From the NCBI GenBank assembly GCA_951406725.2, contig OX597839.1, positions 29,450,001 through 29,514,000 of the forward strand: a stretch of 64,000 nt of DNA, in the 5' to 3' direction. The DNA is from Octopus vulgaris. Taxonomy: Eukaryota. The position numbers were made by a program, and so were the translations under genes. Below, one piece after another: positions 38,077 through 53,106 of this stretch. Below the pieces are notes generated by a model that had not been told where the DNA came from, ran no database searches, and saw nothing but the letters and a program-made list of their open reading frames with translations. How positions within the stretch are numbered: the first letter of the stretch is position 1; every line of letters begins with the position of its first letter.

Positions 38077-38746
38077 CTGTCGTATATATATATATTCAGA
38101 GGTGAAACCCGTATAGTAATAAACAAACGAACGGGAAAGTGATACAGGACGTCAAGTGGAAAAACTTACTAAATGCACGGACACAGAATGTGAACAAACA
38201 CAGAATGTCACCAACTCCTCGTCAGATATCGACCAAGGTGTCAAAGGCATTTTCGCACCGTTATTGATAATATTTTCTACTCTAGGCACAAGGCCCGAAA
38301 TTTTGAGGAGGGGGGCAGTCGATTAGATCGACCTCAGTACGCAACTGGTATTTAACTTATCGATCCAAAAAGGATAAAAGACGAAGTCGACCTCGGCGGA
38401 ATTTGAACTCAGAACATAAAGACCGACGAAATACCGCTAAATTTTCTGCCATCTCGCCGATGATGATGATAACTGTTAGTTGAAAGGTTTGGTTTGGTTT
38501 GGTGGTGGTGGTATTTGTGGTCATCGATAATATTGCTTCCACCTCTGGAGGCCACCAGACGGACTTCTTTCAGTTTCCGCCTACCAACTCCACTCAGAAG
38601 TCTTTTGTCGGCTCTAAGCTATAACATTGTAGAAGATACTTGCCTAAGGTGCAACACAGTGGGACTGAACCCGGAACCGAGGTTCCGAGTTCAGAAACAT
38701 GTGGTTGGCAAGCAAACCTTTTACCACACAACCACGCCTGCGCCTT
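37843..38746 (-). mobile_element. SINE B split at its internal microsatellite (3' half 37843-38075, 5' half 38557-38746) by a pLTR-like piece (38096-38262) and a SINE A (38273-38458)
   Basis: The two B halves are collinear and in the same orientation. Confidence 0.72.
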
Positions 38747-39628
38747 CTGAAAGACAAACAACAATAAAACCTCAACAGGGACCGAAACAACGTAGACTTC
38801 GCTTTACAAAATTCCTAATTTAATTGCTTAAGCTTTAACTTCATTTATTTTTACTGTCATATTTGTTATATTATTTATTTTGTTTTAATTTACTTCGTTT
38901 GATTCGGAACAGATTTTATTTTCTACGCATGCAGTCATTTTCTGCGGATTTAATTGTCCGCAATCATCCGCTTTTATCTTTTTCATTTTCTTAGATTTTT
39001 GTTTTATTTTATTCATCATCATCATTATTATTATTATTATCATTATTATCATTATCATTATTATCATTATCATTATCATTATTATCATTATCATTATCAT
39101 CATTATCATTATTATCATTATCATTATCATTATCATCATTATCATTATTATCATTATCATTATTATCATTATCATTATTTGTTGTTGTTTTTGTTATCTG
39201 TGGACATAATTTTATGCAAAGCATTTTCCGCGGACTTAATTTTCTTCTACAGACTTCTCTGGCGACTTAATTTTCTGTAGACAATTTTTTTCGTTTCATT
39301 TAGTACTTCTAATATTCTATCGTCTGCTATGGACTGGATATCGTCTGCTACAGCGTCCATAAGTTATATCAAAAGAAACAAACCAAAAGGTTTGTGAGTG
39401 TGCGTGTACAAAGATAGACATCTACAGCACACACACATATATATGGATAAATATTACTGCCTGTATATGTGTATGTGTATACATATATGTGTTTGTATAC
39501 GTATGTATATACATATATGTAGACATACATAATCATATATATTGATATATGCATGCATATACACACATATATATGTAACTATATACTATATGTATATAAC
39601 TATATGTATATAACTATATGTATATAAC

Positions 39629-39694
<66 letters not shown>

Positions 39695-40319
39695 TGTGTG
39701 TGTATAATGGCGGTTTCTTCGTTAAATTTTTTTTATAGCCCGGCCAAAATTCTGCCAGTGACAGAAATTCTGCCAGTGACCTTCCTATAATTGCTTAGCT
39801 TTCTATGGCTGTTGTTTGATTGATGGCCTGTCAATCAATGCATATACGGCAGCGTTAATCGTAGGAGGACAGTGGAAATTTGTTGAAATCTTTCCTTGTT
39901 CTGTTTCTGTCCGGTTCTATTGGATATCGGCTGCGTCAGACAAATATCTATTGTGAAACGAAAGCGACACACACAAACACTTACACACACACGTATACAT
40001 ACATACATAGATGCATACAAGCACACACAGAGAAACTTACTGACGGTGTAACGCACAAGCAAACACGTACAAACGAAAGCACGGCTTTGGAAGCACGTAC
40101 AACTCTATTTAAAGAAACGTGAAAAGTATTCATTCGTACGTGTACATGCGTTTACGTGAGTGTGTGTGTGTGCGTACAAGTACATATGCATATGTATGTA
40201 TGTGTGAGTGTGTATATATATATATATGTGTGTGTGTGTAGATAAATATATGTGCGTATAAATGTGTGTGTATGTGTATTTATTGATATATGTGTGTATG
40301 TGAGAACATACATGTGCAT

Positions 40320-40362
<43 letters not shown>

Positions 40363-41227
40363 AATATACGTGTGTGTGTATGTGTGTGTGTGTATTATTT
40401 GCCATTATTGATCAACTTGTGGGAAAATAGTTAAACATTTACTAAGGGTTGAAAGTCTTTGCATTAAATGGATTGAATACTGACTGGGACTTCGGGTTTC
40501 GTCTGTAACGGCTTCTAGAAGCACCGAAGTTTTAAACAATATGGTGACAGATTCCCGTAGTCCTGTGAAAGACGGTTCTGCAATTTGTTGCTGAACAAGC
40601 TGTTCAAGTGACTTGTTTTACTGCGATCATCAGATGTATGTGTTGGCCCTTAGCTCCCTCTCTTCGTCAAATTGAGCGTTCCCGAACAGTTGCATCGTCT
40701 GCCACACGTCAGATGTGGAAATGATCGCAGAGTAACAAGAAGTACTTTGCTTCAGAACACAAGGCATCGCCCGTGAGTGCAACACCGCAATTGTGAGTGC
40801 AACAACACGATCGTGAGTGCAACACCGCTATTGTGAGTGCAACACTCTTACCACTAGATGGCGCGCCCTCACTGCTTTAAGTAATGTAACTCAGCTAAAG
40901 AAAAAGGCTTTTTTGTTTTTAAATTTTTATTACGTAGAGAATAACAGTTATTGACTGAAGAGTTGGGTGGATTATTCCGTGATTGGAAGTTGTTTGAGAG
41001 GAAGAGAAAAAGAGAGGGATATACATACATACATACATACATACATACATACATACATACATACATACTTATACATATACAATACATGCATATATCTATA
41101 TATTTATATAAATGTGAGCGTTTGTGTGTGTACATGTGTACACACACACACACACATATATTTAAAATAATAAGGGTGAAAAATGTAATATTAATTTGAT
41201 TAATATCAATTTAAAACCAGTGGTCTA

Positions 41228-41735
41228 GCATACATGATGGCTGCCCCCACGTTATCGAGTATGGCCATTGCACGAAGCTTAACTGTTATTGGGGCTGTGA
41301 TCGAATGTGACTTTTTAGCCCAGCTAAAGACCTACAATGTCTTGTACAGAATCGGCAGCTAAAACCTTTACCGGTAATAGCCGGCTGTAGTTGTAACTGG
41401 GCTTCATGTACCTTTGCATGTCGTTTAAGTTCTCCTGCTGAATTACACTCTCTTCCACATGCCTGGCAGATATGATTGGTATGGTGTGTTACACCACCAT
41501 CAGTGGCCAGGTTGTCACTCATCTGTCTCGCTTTATGATTACGAAGATGACTCTTGAGTCCAGCTTTACTGAGGCAGGGTCTTGCACAGACACAGTATGT
41601 CAGCATCATTGGAAGACCCTTCCCATCTGGAAGCGTAACAGCGATGCCCTTCCTGACATCCTTCCTTACTTTCTCATGCGCAACTCGAGATTTCCCAAAA
41701 GTAGCTGTCCCCTCACGCACAATCCTTCTCCATGC
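41228..41735 (-). mobile_element. RTE-clade LINE 3' end encoding three tandem C2H2-like zinc fingers
   Basis: AWRRIVREGTATF...(Y)CVCARPCLSKAGLKSHLRNH...CQACGRECNSAGELKRHAKVH...CRFCTRHCRSLAGLKSHIRS; tail GGCCATACTCGATAACGTGGGGGCAGCCATCATGTAT. Confidence 0.8.
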
Positions 41736-43524
41736 ATACATACATACATACATACATTCCAAAAAATCCTGTTGTTGATGTTAAAATTCCAATGAAGGAG
41801 CCTTGGATCTAGGTTGGAAACCGGCTCTTTCTCTATTGACAAAGAATCTTGAAATAAATTTTTACACACACACACACACATATTAAGAAACAGATGTAGA
41901 AATATGCACATATACATATGTATGTATGCATGTATATATATATATGTGTGTGTCTATATGCACAAGTATACATACGTACACATAACCACAAGCACACACA
42001 CACACACACACTCACACATAAAATGAATATACATATGCACACAACCACATTATACACGCCGTACACTCACACATGTCCCTCCAAACAATTACAAACAACC
42101 CCATGTCGTTCTCTCTCTCTTTCTCTCTCCCTCTCTATTCCCCCCTCCCTCTTTTTCTTTTTATTAATTTCAATTCACTTCTCGTCCGCTCTCTCGTGAT
42201 GTCGCCCGAGCAGCAGCGAATCTTTTCTCTTCTCCGCCATTCCAACATCAGTCACTTGTCGACATGATGTCCACATGAATATTATTTTAATTTATTTAGC
42301 CATCTTCCGGCTATTGTCAGCCATCGAGTGTCTGCTGTCTGTGCGGATGGGTTTCTTTATCTCTCTACAGTCTTGCCCAATCATCATCATCATGATCATC
42401 ATGATCATCAACATCTTCTTCTTCTTCTCCTCCTCCTCCTTCTACACTACTCTCACAAACTGTTTGAAAGTGTGTGCATGTGTAAATGTATGCATATATA
42501 TATATATATATATATGATTGTATATATATGTATGTATGTATATATATATATGTATGTGTAAATATATGGGCATATATATATGTATGTATATGTATATATA
42601 TATATGTATTTATACATACATATATACACGCACATATATATCTACATATGATACATGTACATGCACACACACACATATACATATAGATAGATATACATAT
42701 ACATACATGTATGTATACACATATATATATACTCACACGTTCGCAGATACATACACGCTTGCATATACACACACGTAAATGTGTATGAGTGCCAATATGT
42801 ATGCATGTATGTAGAGACCAGCGTTTCTATCAAATACATAAACCTGTTATATTGAAGACAACTGTATTCGAGTTTAAGCAATGTTTTAATAAAGATTTGT
42901 CCATATTTCCGTACTAGTTCCTTATGTTTAATTTGGAATAATACCGTTTTGCTCCAGGGCCTTCTTGGTTTTGGAATAATCAAAGTGGTGATGTTGCCTT
43001 ATTTTGTAGTAGGCAGCAAATGATGATCGGAATGGTGTAACAGATAGTCTTTGAATTTGTCATCCAGTAAAGAAGTATTAAAGAGTTAAAAGAAAACGGA
43101 TACGTTCGAACAAGTTTCTCATTTTCAGAAGAAACTAGAGCTCATCTTCTTTCTACAAATTTTCATGCCTTTTTGCTTAAATTCCTTCCTTCAATATGTC
43201 TTCCGCATTTTATCATCTTTATACCGACCAACATGAAACTGCACACCCTACCATCCTCTGCACGCATAGAAGAAAACCCACCCTACTAACACAGAAAGAA
43301 ACTAGTCCTGACTCATATCACACACACACACACACACGCGCACACACACACACACATACACACACACTCCCACACACACTTTCGCTCAAGGCCATACACC
43401 TCAGATCTCCAAACCCACACCCGATGTTATCTTAAGCGCGTCTGCGAACACATGTACAACGCACACTCACCCTTTTATGAGCACCTTATCAACATTCTTA
43501 TATTTATACGAATAACACACGCAC

Positions 43525-43655
43525 AAGTTATCTAAGCAGTCATCTTACGGGGAGTTGCAACGTGGTAAACGTTCGAGACACAAACCTAAGAAACGTTTTA
43601 GGGATGCTGTCAAAAACTGCCTCGAGGTTCTTCGTGTGGGTGTTGAAGACTGGAT
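43525..43655 (+). pseudogene. RTE ORF2 fragment
   Basis: KQSSYGELQRGKRSRHKPKKRFRDAVKNCLEVLRVGVEDW matches the RTE KQL.YGEL..GKR....P.KR.KD motif. Confidence 0.8.
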
Positions 43656-44289
43656 GAAGTAACACTTAGTTTATCTGTTTGTATGAGCTGTTTTGTAACC
43701 TTGGATCAATTATGATCGGACAAACCAATCGCACCCACACATCCGTTTCATCCATTGTTAAGCCGATAGAGTGACAATTGAAGGAAGCGTGGCGGTGAAC
43801 AGATTGTGCGACAGAGCTTGGAAAACCTAATCCAGTCGCGTATGTAGGTGTGTGTGTGTGTGTGTGTGTGACGACGGGACAGTGGAACAGGCAAGTCCTC
43901 TTTTTATTGGTCTCTAGTTAAATACACACATTAGTTGTATCATAAATTATTACTAGAACACCAATTCAATGTGCGTTGGGAATAAATAAATAATGCAGAG
44001 TTGTTTTCCTATGAATTTAGTCTCACTTCATTAGGAATAAAACAAATGATATCCTTTGTATTTAACTACGTAACTATGCCTACATATGTTAAGCTAACTC
44101 TACACTTTAGTCTTACGTATGAACAGGCGATAGTATTCTTCTGTAAATGAGACAACAATTAAATTACAAAGTGAAACGATTTCATCAGTTTTATTCACTT
44201 TTTAAAAAATCTTTTCATTTTTTACTTGTTTCAGTCACTAGACTGCGGCCATGCTGGGGTACCGCCTTCAAGAACTTTCTCGTGATATC

Positions 44290-44874
44290 TATCTATCTAT
44301 GTGTGTGTGTGTGTATGTGTGTATATATACATATATATATACACATATATATATATACACACATATATATATACACACATATATATATATATACATATAT
44401 ACACACATATATACACATATATACACATATACATATACACACATATACATATACACACATATACATATACACATATACATATACACACATACATATATAC
44501 ACATACATATATACACATATATATACATATATACACATATATACACATATATATACATACATATACATATATATATACATATATATATACATATATACAT
44601 ACATATATACATATATACATACATATATACATATATACATACATATATACATACACATATATATATACACATATATATATACACATATATATATATACAC
44701 ATATATATACACATATATATATACACATATATATACACATATATATATACACATATATATATACACATATATATACACATATATATATATATACATATAT
44801 ATACACATACATATATACACATACATATATATACACATATATATATATATATACACATATATATATATATACAC

Positions 44875-44905
<31 letters not shown>

Positions 44906-44943
44906 CACACATATATATATATACACATATATATATATACACA

Positions 44944-44977
<34 letters not shown>

Positions 44978-45130
44978 CATATATATATATACACATATAT
45001 ACACATATATATATACACATATATATATACACATATATATATACACATATATATACACATATATATATACACATATATATATACACATATATATATACAC
45101 ATATATATATATACACATATATATATACAC

Positions 45131-45161
<31 letters not shown>

Positions 45162-45209
45162 ATATATATATACATATATATACATATATATATATACATA
45201 TATATATAC

Positions 45210-45294
<85 letters not shown>

Positions 45295-45373
45295 AATATA
45301 TATATATAAATATAATATATATATACATATATATAAATATATATATAAATATATATATATAATATATATATAT

Positions 45374-45404
<31 letters not shown>

Positions 45405-45558
45405 ATATATATAAATATATATATAATATATAAATAAATATATAAATATATATATAAATATATATATATAAATATATATAATATATATATAAATATATAA
45501 ATATATATATAAATAAATATAAATATAAATATATATATATATACATATATATATATAA
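44290..45558. repeat. ~1.27-kb compound (TA)n/(CA)n microsatellite grading into an almost pure A/T repeat
   Basis: Directly visible. Confidence 0.98.
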
Positions 45559-45827
45559 CTAATGTGTACTTTAAGCTTTATTTTTCAAAGATGGCGTCTG
45601 TCTCGTATCTTTGTTCACGATACCAGTTTTAGTGAGGTACAGCTTCTGAAGTAATTAATACTCAGATTTTGTCATATCTTTCTCTTATCGTAAAGAAAAT
45701 TCAACACAAAATGGAGGGAAACTATAATACACATACAGACACCCGACCACATACACATACATTTACACACATACAAACACACACAAACGCACACAACTCC
45801 CTCTCCCTCACATATACGGACATATGC

Positions 45828-45870
<43 letters not shown>

Positions 45871-45936
45871 TATTAATATATATATATATACATACATACA
45901 CAGATATATGTATATACTTATAGATATATATGTATG

Positions 45937-45979
<43 letters not shown>

Positions 45980-46379
45980 GTATGTGTTTATAGACATGTA
46001 TGTATATAGATGTATTTACGTGTGTGTGTGTGTGTAGGTGTGTATATATGTATCAACATATTTATCATATGAATGTATGTATATATGTCTCGTGTGTATG
46101 TATTTATTTAAGTATATATATATATATGAATGCATGTGTGTCTGTATGTATGTACAATAATCACTCTTGGGATTTAAGTTATAAACTAGAGTAACACGAG
46201 CCCAATGCATTGTGGGTAACACGTGGTACACGGTCCTGGTGCTTTATTTAATGGTTACCTTGCAGAGCCTATCTTATCGGTTGATCTCAAACCTTATCTG
46301 CCGTCGAGATAAACGTTCTCTCGCCAAAACGTAAATACACAAAATCTTTCTTTTTCTCTTTAGTTAATACAGGCACACA

Positions 46380-47088
46380 GAGACAAACACATACACAAAC
46401 ATACACACACATATACGCATACATAATACATACATACATATGTACACACAAATGTACGAACGTACATAGGAGCATGCACGCATACATACAAATATACATG
46501 CATTACATAGACACATACATGTATGCATGCATAAATACATACATACATATACACATATACAGGTATACATATATATACATACATATAAACATATGTATGT
46601 GGAAGTATATATTTGCCAACACACACACACATTAATATATGTGTGTGTGTGTGTTGGCAAATATATGCGTGTGTAAATATATATATGTAAACACACACAC
46701 ATATATACACACACATACATATAAATACATACACACACACATACACATATATACATGTATATGTATGTGTGTGTGTTCTCACGTATGTGTGTGCGTATAT
46801 ACATATATGCATCATGTATATATATACACATATGTATATATATATACATATATATATGCATATGTATGTATGTATATGTATATATGTATGTATGTATATG
46901 TATATATGTATGTATATGTATATATGTATGTATATATGTATATGTATATATGTATGTATGTATGTATATATGTATGTATATATGTATGTATGTATATATG
47001 TATGTATGTATATATGTATGTATATATGTATGTATGTATATATGTATGTATGTATGTATATATGTATGTATGTATATATGTATGTATG

Positions 47089-47120
<32 letters not shown>

Positions 47121-47165
47121 TACATATATACATACATATATATATATATACATATATACATACAT
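46380..47165. repeat. Compound CA/TA/TATG microsatellite
   Basis: Directly visible. Confidence 0.95.
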
Positions 47166-49008
47166 AATGGGAAAGATGAGAGCACGCCATAAAGTAATCA
47201 CTGACTTAAAACAACTCTTCCTGGTTGCATTACTTTGGAGTCGATGAAAGATTTGAAGCCATTTTCAATAAATAAATAAAAATAAATGAAATAATGTACT
47301 AAAAAAATTAAATAAAAACTACATAACTTGCTGGTGGCTCCCTCTCTTTGCAATAGGGCCAATCATACAACAAAATTCCACCACCGTTTCAGTAATAATA
47401 CTACAACCGCTAAAACCATCAATAATTAGAACTGGAATTATAACCAGAAATTCCTCGATAGAAGTAGTAAGGGAATCTCCCAGAACCCTTATCTTATAGT
47501 TCTAGAAAAAAGTGATATATTGAGTGATGTTGTCTTGATATGTTACACATTGTAACAAAATGTTTCGATTCTTTTTTTCTCCCTTTGGCCAGTAAGTATT
47601 ATTGCTTACTTGCTCCTATCTAGAAATTCAAAGGAAATGACTACCATTCCCTTCAAACTTTGCTTTTGTGACCCAGATATCAATGTTTTGTAACTAACCT
47701 ATTTTCCATTACATTTCAGACAGACTCAACGCTGAGTTGCTGAAGCAGAAATATCATTATAGCAAATATTCTGCTCAGGACCACAGATTTCCTTGTCTTT
47801 GGCCAGTAAGCGTTATTTCTTATTTGCTTCTATCTAGAAATCAAAGGAAATGACTACTGTTCTCTTCACATTTGCTCTTGTCACATGGACAGCAATGTTT
47901 TGAAACTGACCCATTTTCAATTACATTTCAGCACCGAGTTGCTGAAGCAGAAATATCGTTATAGCAAATATTATGCACAATCCCACAGATTTGCTTTGTC
48001 AGTTGCTTGACTGTAATCACTTGAACATGTGCCTTACTGGATGACTATATGTGTATCTCAGATCATGAGCAGTAGTAGTGGAGGAGCATCATAGCCATGT
48101 GCTGAGAGAGCTTCTTTGAGGTTTGAATAAATGTAATAGAAGCAACGTTTGAAGGACACATTAGCCATTTTTCAAACTTTCCAGGGGTAAGCAAATAGGA
48201 AATAACAATTACTACCCAAGGACAAAAATCATGTTACACAGGGTTATATTTGAAATAGAGATAGAAAGATCAAAGCTGAGTAGATTCTGATTATAGTTTT
48301 GTCGTGTCATGGGAGAGTCATTATGCCAATAATAACACACGCACAGACTCATTTCCACTTCTCTATTGTTAGTCGAGTGGTTAAAAATCTATTCAACAGA
48401 TTGTTTAATGTGATGGATAAACAATATATCAACAGTTTGTTAGTCAAATATCTACCTACATGCACATGTGAGCATGCATACATACAGGCGTAGAGCAGAC
48501 CTTTGAGTGAGAGGGGGAATATACTAAATCACTGAAAAGGTCGCGAACTTTGACCTAAAAACAACCGATTGATTGTTTAAACTGCACGTTAAACAAACGA
48601 TTGATTAGTTAGTTGGTTGAATATTTAACCAAGTGATTAATAATCAAAAAAGTGATATTGAACCAGCGTGTGTATTTATTATTATTGGTGCAATGACCCT
48701 CCCAAAACAACACAAAGTTTGTTTCAGCACACGAATTCACATCTAGAATCTTGAAAATGAAATATGTAAACGATGTTTTGATTGTAAGTTTGTTCGATAA
48801 AAGATGACCGAGGGTTTAGCAAAAAAACAAGCAGCGACAACAACGCGCGATCATCTGCATGGTTGCCCGACCTACTAAACATAGCAGCCAAATCTGCTTC
48901 AAATCACACATCTAGTGAAAGGAAGGACGTATTGGGTAATGTAGCAGCTACTTCTAACTCAGACGCTGCCAACTCTGCTGATTCTCACTAATTTCTTTCT
49001 TGTCAGCT

Positions 49009-49046
49009 TTTTCCTGACGAGGTTTGTCAATCCGAAACGTCGGATT
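49009..49046 (+). ncRNA. Minimal type I hammerhead ribozyme motif
   Basis: ttc CTGACGA GGTTTgtcAATCC GAAA CG TC gga: intact core, GUC triplet, palindromic ACGT stem III, 3-bp stem I. Confidence 0.72.
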
Positions 49047-49204
49047 TTACTAAATAATTAAATAATAATCAAATAGCATTTAATGAGTTTTCTTCCTCCC
49101 TACATCATGAATGCCACTTAGTTTTTCCATGTTAATCGCATTAGATATAGTAACATAAACTTAGCTATTTTTTTTCGTGCGGATGGCGTGTCTGAGTTAT
49201 CTAT

Positions 49205-49503
49205 TCTTTTATGTTTTACCTCTTCCAGGACAGCGGCCATGCTCGGTCACCGCCTCGAAGGAGTTTAGTCTCACGAAACAACCTCAATACTCTTCTTTTT
49301 AAGCTTAGTACTTATTCTATCGGTCTTGTTCGCTGAACCGCTAAGTTACGGAGCGTGAAGACACCATCACCGGTTGTCAAGCGTTGCTGGGGGGGGGGGC
49401 GACAAGCAGAGATATAAAGACACACACACATATACACACACACCTTCGTCAAACAAAATTTCTGTGCATTTTCCTTTTTATATTTTTTTACTACATGTAT
49501 TTA

Positions 49504-49548
<45 letters not shown>

Positions 49549-49780
49549 TTTATATTTTCACTTGTTCCAGTCATTTCACTACGGCCATGCTGGAGCTCGG
49601 CCTTAAGGGGTTTTAGTCGAACAAATCGACCGCATGACATTTTTTAAGCCTAGTACTTATTCAATTTGTTTCTTTTGCTGAACCGCTAAGTTACGGGGAC
49701 GTAAACATGCCAACACCGGTTGCCAAACGCTGATAGGGGACAAACGCAGATACAGACACACACACACACACACACACATA
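49205..49780 (-). mobile_element. Two tandem SINE B 3' halves (49205-49440, 49555-49780)
   Basis: Shared B tail and body. Confidence 0.82.
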
Positions 49781-50027
49781 ATATATATATATATATATAT
49801 ATAGTGTTTTGGAAATTCCTTGGTTCAGTTATAATATTTGGAGAGAAGACTTTCTCAAAGAGTTAAGAATGAGAAAAGAACCTTTTTAGAAAGTCGAAAG
49901 ACACTTTTAACCTTTGGAAAGAGATTTCACAAAATGTGTGCGGGCTTTGCTTTTATAGATGTGCAAGCGTTACGATGGCCTTTTTCAGTTACAAATTTTT
50001 TTACAAATTACTTGTGCAAGTTGTTCA

Positions 50028-50356
50028 GCAAGAAATTACACACACACACAAAAGATGGAGGTGGAAATAGCACAGGAGTAAATCTAAGATGTTTCAATCT
50101 AAGAAGGAATTTAATAAAAATGATTTTTAAAATTGTTCCCCTCGACAGAAGATAAGCTGTTTCTATTTTAAATTTTTATAAATTTTTACTGATATTTGAT
50201 AAGCTGAAATTTATTATCGAGACCGGTTATATTTTCTTTATATAATTTTAAAAAATCCTTTTTATTAAATACCTTCTTAAACTGAAATGTCTTAGATTTA
50301 CTTCTGTGTTTATCTCCACCTCCATCTTTTATATGTGTGTGTGTGATTTCTTGCAA
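50028..50356. repeat. Imperfect ~110-bp inverted repeat (50028-50136 / 50242-50356) around a spacer with a decayed hammerhead-like motif
   Basis: gcaagaaattacacac..aaaagatggaggtgga..agtaaatctaaga..taagaagg.atttaataaaaa is mirrored on the opposite strand. Confidence 0.85.
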
Positions 50357-50690
50357 TTTGTGTATAATGATCAAATGTTTGTGCTACACATTGGCGCACT
50401 ACCGCCATCGAATGGGCACTGCATGTATGGATGCACGGTATACCACGCATCAAGTGTTTGAAGCGATCCTAGAGTCCCACCAGAGGGAAATGTTTTGCAC
50501 GGGAGCATAACGCACCGCGTCGTCCGGGAATCGGAACCACGACCTCGCGCTCGTAAAGGTTCGTAGCTACTTTGGCTATGAACTTAGTGGTTAAAGCGCG
50601 GAACTTCTGACGATAAACTTGCTTGGTCAAGTTCAATTAGGGACTAAACGGTAACATCGACAACAATGTCAACAACAACAACAACAACAG

Positions 50691-50890
50691 TGGAGACGCA
50701 ATGGTACAGTGATTAGGGCAGAGGACTCGCGGTTGTAAGAACGCGGTTTCGATTCCCGGTCCGGGTATTGTGAGTGTTTATTGAGCAAAAACACCTAAGC
50801 TCCACGAGTCTCTGGCGAGGGGGGGGGGGTAGTGGTGAACCCCGCTGTACTCTTTCACCACAACTTTCTCTCACTCTTTCTTCCTACTTC
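50691..50890 (+). mobile_element. tRNA-headed SINE related to family C, with a different body
   Basis: GGAGACGCAATGGTACAGTGATTAGG...GGTTTCGATTCCCGG...TTGAGCAAAAACAC. Confidence 0.7.
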
Positions 50891-51330
50891 TGCCACAAAG
50901 CAGAAAGGCCATGGTGTAACCCACTATGGTGTGGTAAACTTTCAGACCGTACTCCAGATTGCGAATCCTCTGTACCCCAGGATCGTTGAGCTCTCCACCC
51001 GTTAAAAGCCACCGTTTACGGAATGAGGATAACAACGTAGCTTTCGCGCCCGTGCAACCGCCAGTCTATCGCATGTGGTGGGTGGATCTTCAAGTTGCCA
51101 CACGCACTTTTAGTAGCTTAGAGTAGGCTCGAATTAGAGATTATTCTTTGTGGCTGATGGCGTGAGTCCTTATTGGAGGAAGAAGAAGACAACAACCACG
51201 TATGAAGCAGTTTCTAATAAACCATACGTTTATAGTATTGTTAAATATAAGCATTAAAATAAACGTGAGATTCGAGGCAATAAATTACTTTTACGAAAAC
51301 ATTCATTATTTTGTACTACACCGAACAGTG

Positions 51331-51565
51331 GCGGAGCATGGTTTAGTGGTTAGTGTGTTGATCGCGTAATCGAAGGATTGTGTGGTTTCAATTCCTGGAC
51401 AAGGCGATGCGTTGTGTTTTTGAGCGAAACACTTCATTTCGCGTTGCTCCAGTCCACTCAGCTGGCAAATAGGAGTAATCCTGCGATGGCCCGGCGTCCC
51501 GTCCAGGTGAGGAATTTATTCGCCGGGGAAACCGGCCTATATGAGTCGGCATGACTCGAGAAGGT
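51331..51565 (+). mobile_element. SINE C (tail C3)
   Basis: Core as in family C; tail ATGAGTCGGCATGACTCGAGAAGG, like 30586-30615. Confidence 0.85.
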
Positions 51566-52626
51566 TATTTTACAAGAGAAAACACCCGATGCTGTGATGT
51601 ACATGCTTTCCGTTTATATGCCCATGCACGCACACACACACACAGAGATAGATTGCTAGGTAAATTGATATACAACGTGCCATATATATATGTTTGTGTA
51701 TGTGTGTGTCCAAAATGCATACTCACTAATCTTATAAGGGAAACCTATTTATCTCTTGACAACAAATAACAGCCACAATTTCACATTCGAAAACGCGAGC
51801 AACAGAAAATGCAAAAACAAACAAGCAAAAGAGAAAAAGAGAAAAACAAAATGTATAGAAAAGTTTTCTAAGATATGTAAAATAGTAAAATGAAAAAATG
51901 GAGAAATAAAATATAAATATAAAATATAAAATAAAAACAACTACAAAACAAAATATACTAAAAAGAAATATGAAAGGAAAAAAGAAAAAAAGTACGAAAC
52001 AATATGACAGCAACTAGATCAGCTTTAAGCATAAAAGATGTGACTAGAGGAGAGATATATAGGTAGGGAGGTAGGTAGATAGGTAGACAGATAGATAGGT
52101 AGATAGGTAGATAGATAGGTAGATAGATAGGTAGATAGATATAGGTATAGACAAATAGGCAGATGGATAGATAAACACAGATAAGTATGTATGTAGATAG
52201 TAGATAGACAGATAGATAGATAGGTAGGTATGCAGACAGGTAGGTAGACAGGTAGGTAGATAGATAGATAGGTAGATAGATAGATAGGTAGATAGATAGG
52301 TAGATAGATAGATAGATAGGTAGGTATGTTGATAGGTAGGTAGGTAGAAAGGGAGAAATGGTGAGAATTGGGGACATTTGGAGGCCGAACACAATTTTTG
52401 CCATCTTCCTGAAATATTTTATTTTTCTGATACAGTGAGAAAAATGTATTTTCATTTATCTGCAATCGCTGTTTAGAAATAATTTCCGGTTTTATTTTAG
52501 GGTGTTTTTTTGTTTAATTAGTTTTATTCTTTTTTAGCAATTTTTTTGTTTTTTTTTTACTTATAGTTGTTTTAGCGTTAAGAATCGTTAACGACATTAT
52601 TATTCCTTTAGGGGTTAAATTTACAC

Positions 52627-52657
<31 letters not shown>

Positions 52658-53057
52658 TATTACATAAAATAGAAATGATTACTATAAGTAGTTTGTTGGG
52701 AAAGTAGGCTGGTTGGTCGGGTGGCTGGTTGGATGAATGATTGGTTGGTTCGACGGGGAACGGAGAGCGGGTGGTGTGACGCTGTGGTACCACCAGTAAA
52801 GGGACATAACCCCCAACCTGCATCCTCCTCCTGTCCCCTTCTCTTTCTGTCTCCATCTCATTCAGTCTTGTGTGTGTGTATGTGTGTGTGTCATCCCCCC
52901 CCCCTTTTTTTTCTCCCTTTATCGCAATTATATGTCTGCTAGCGAAACGTCCACGCATACACAAGCACATACATACAACATACACACATATATGTTTACA
53001 TACATATCACAAACCCACATAGATATGCAAACATGCACGCATAACATACCTGTATAT

Positions 53058-53106
<49 letters not shown>

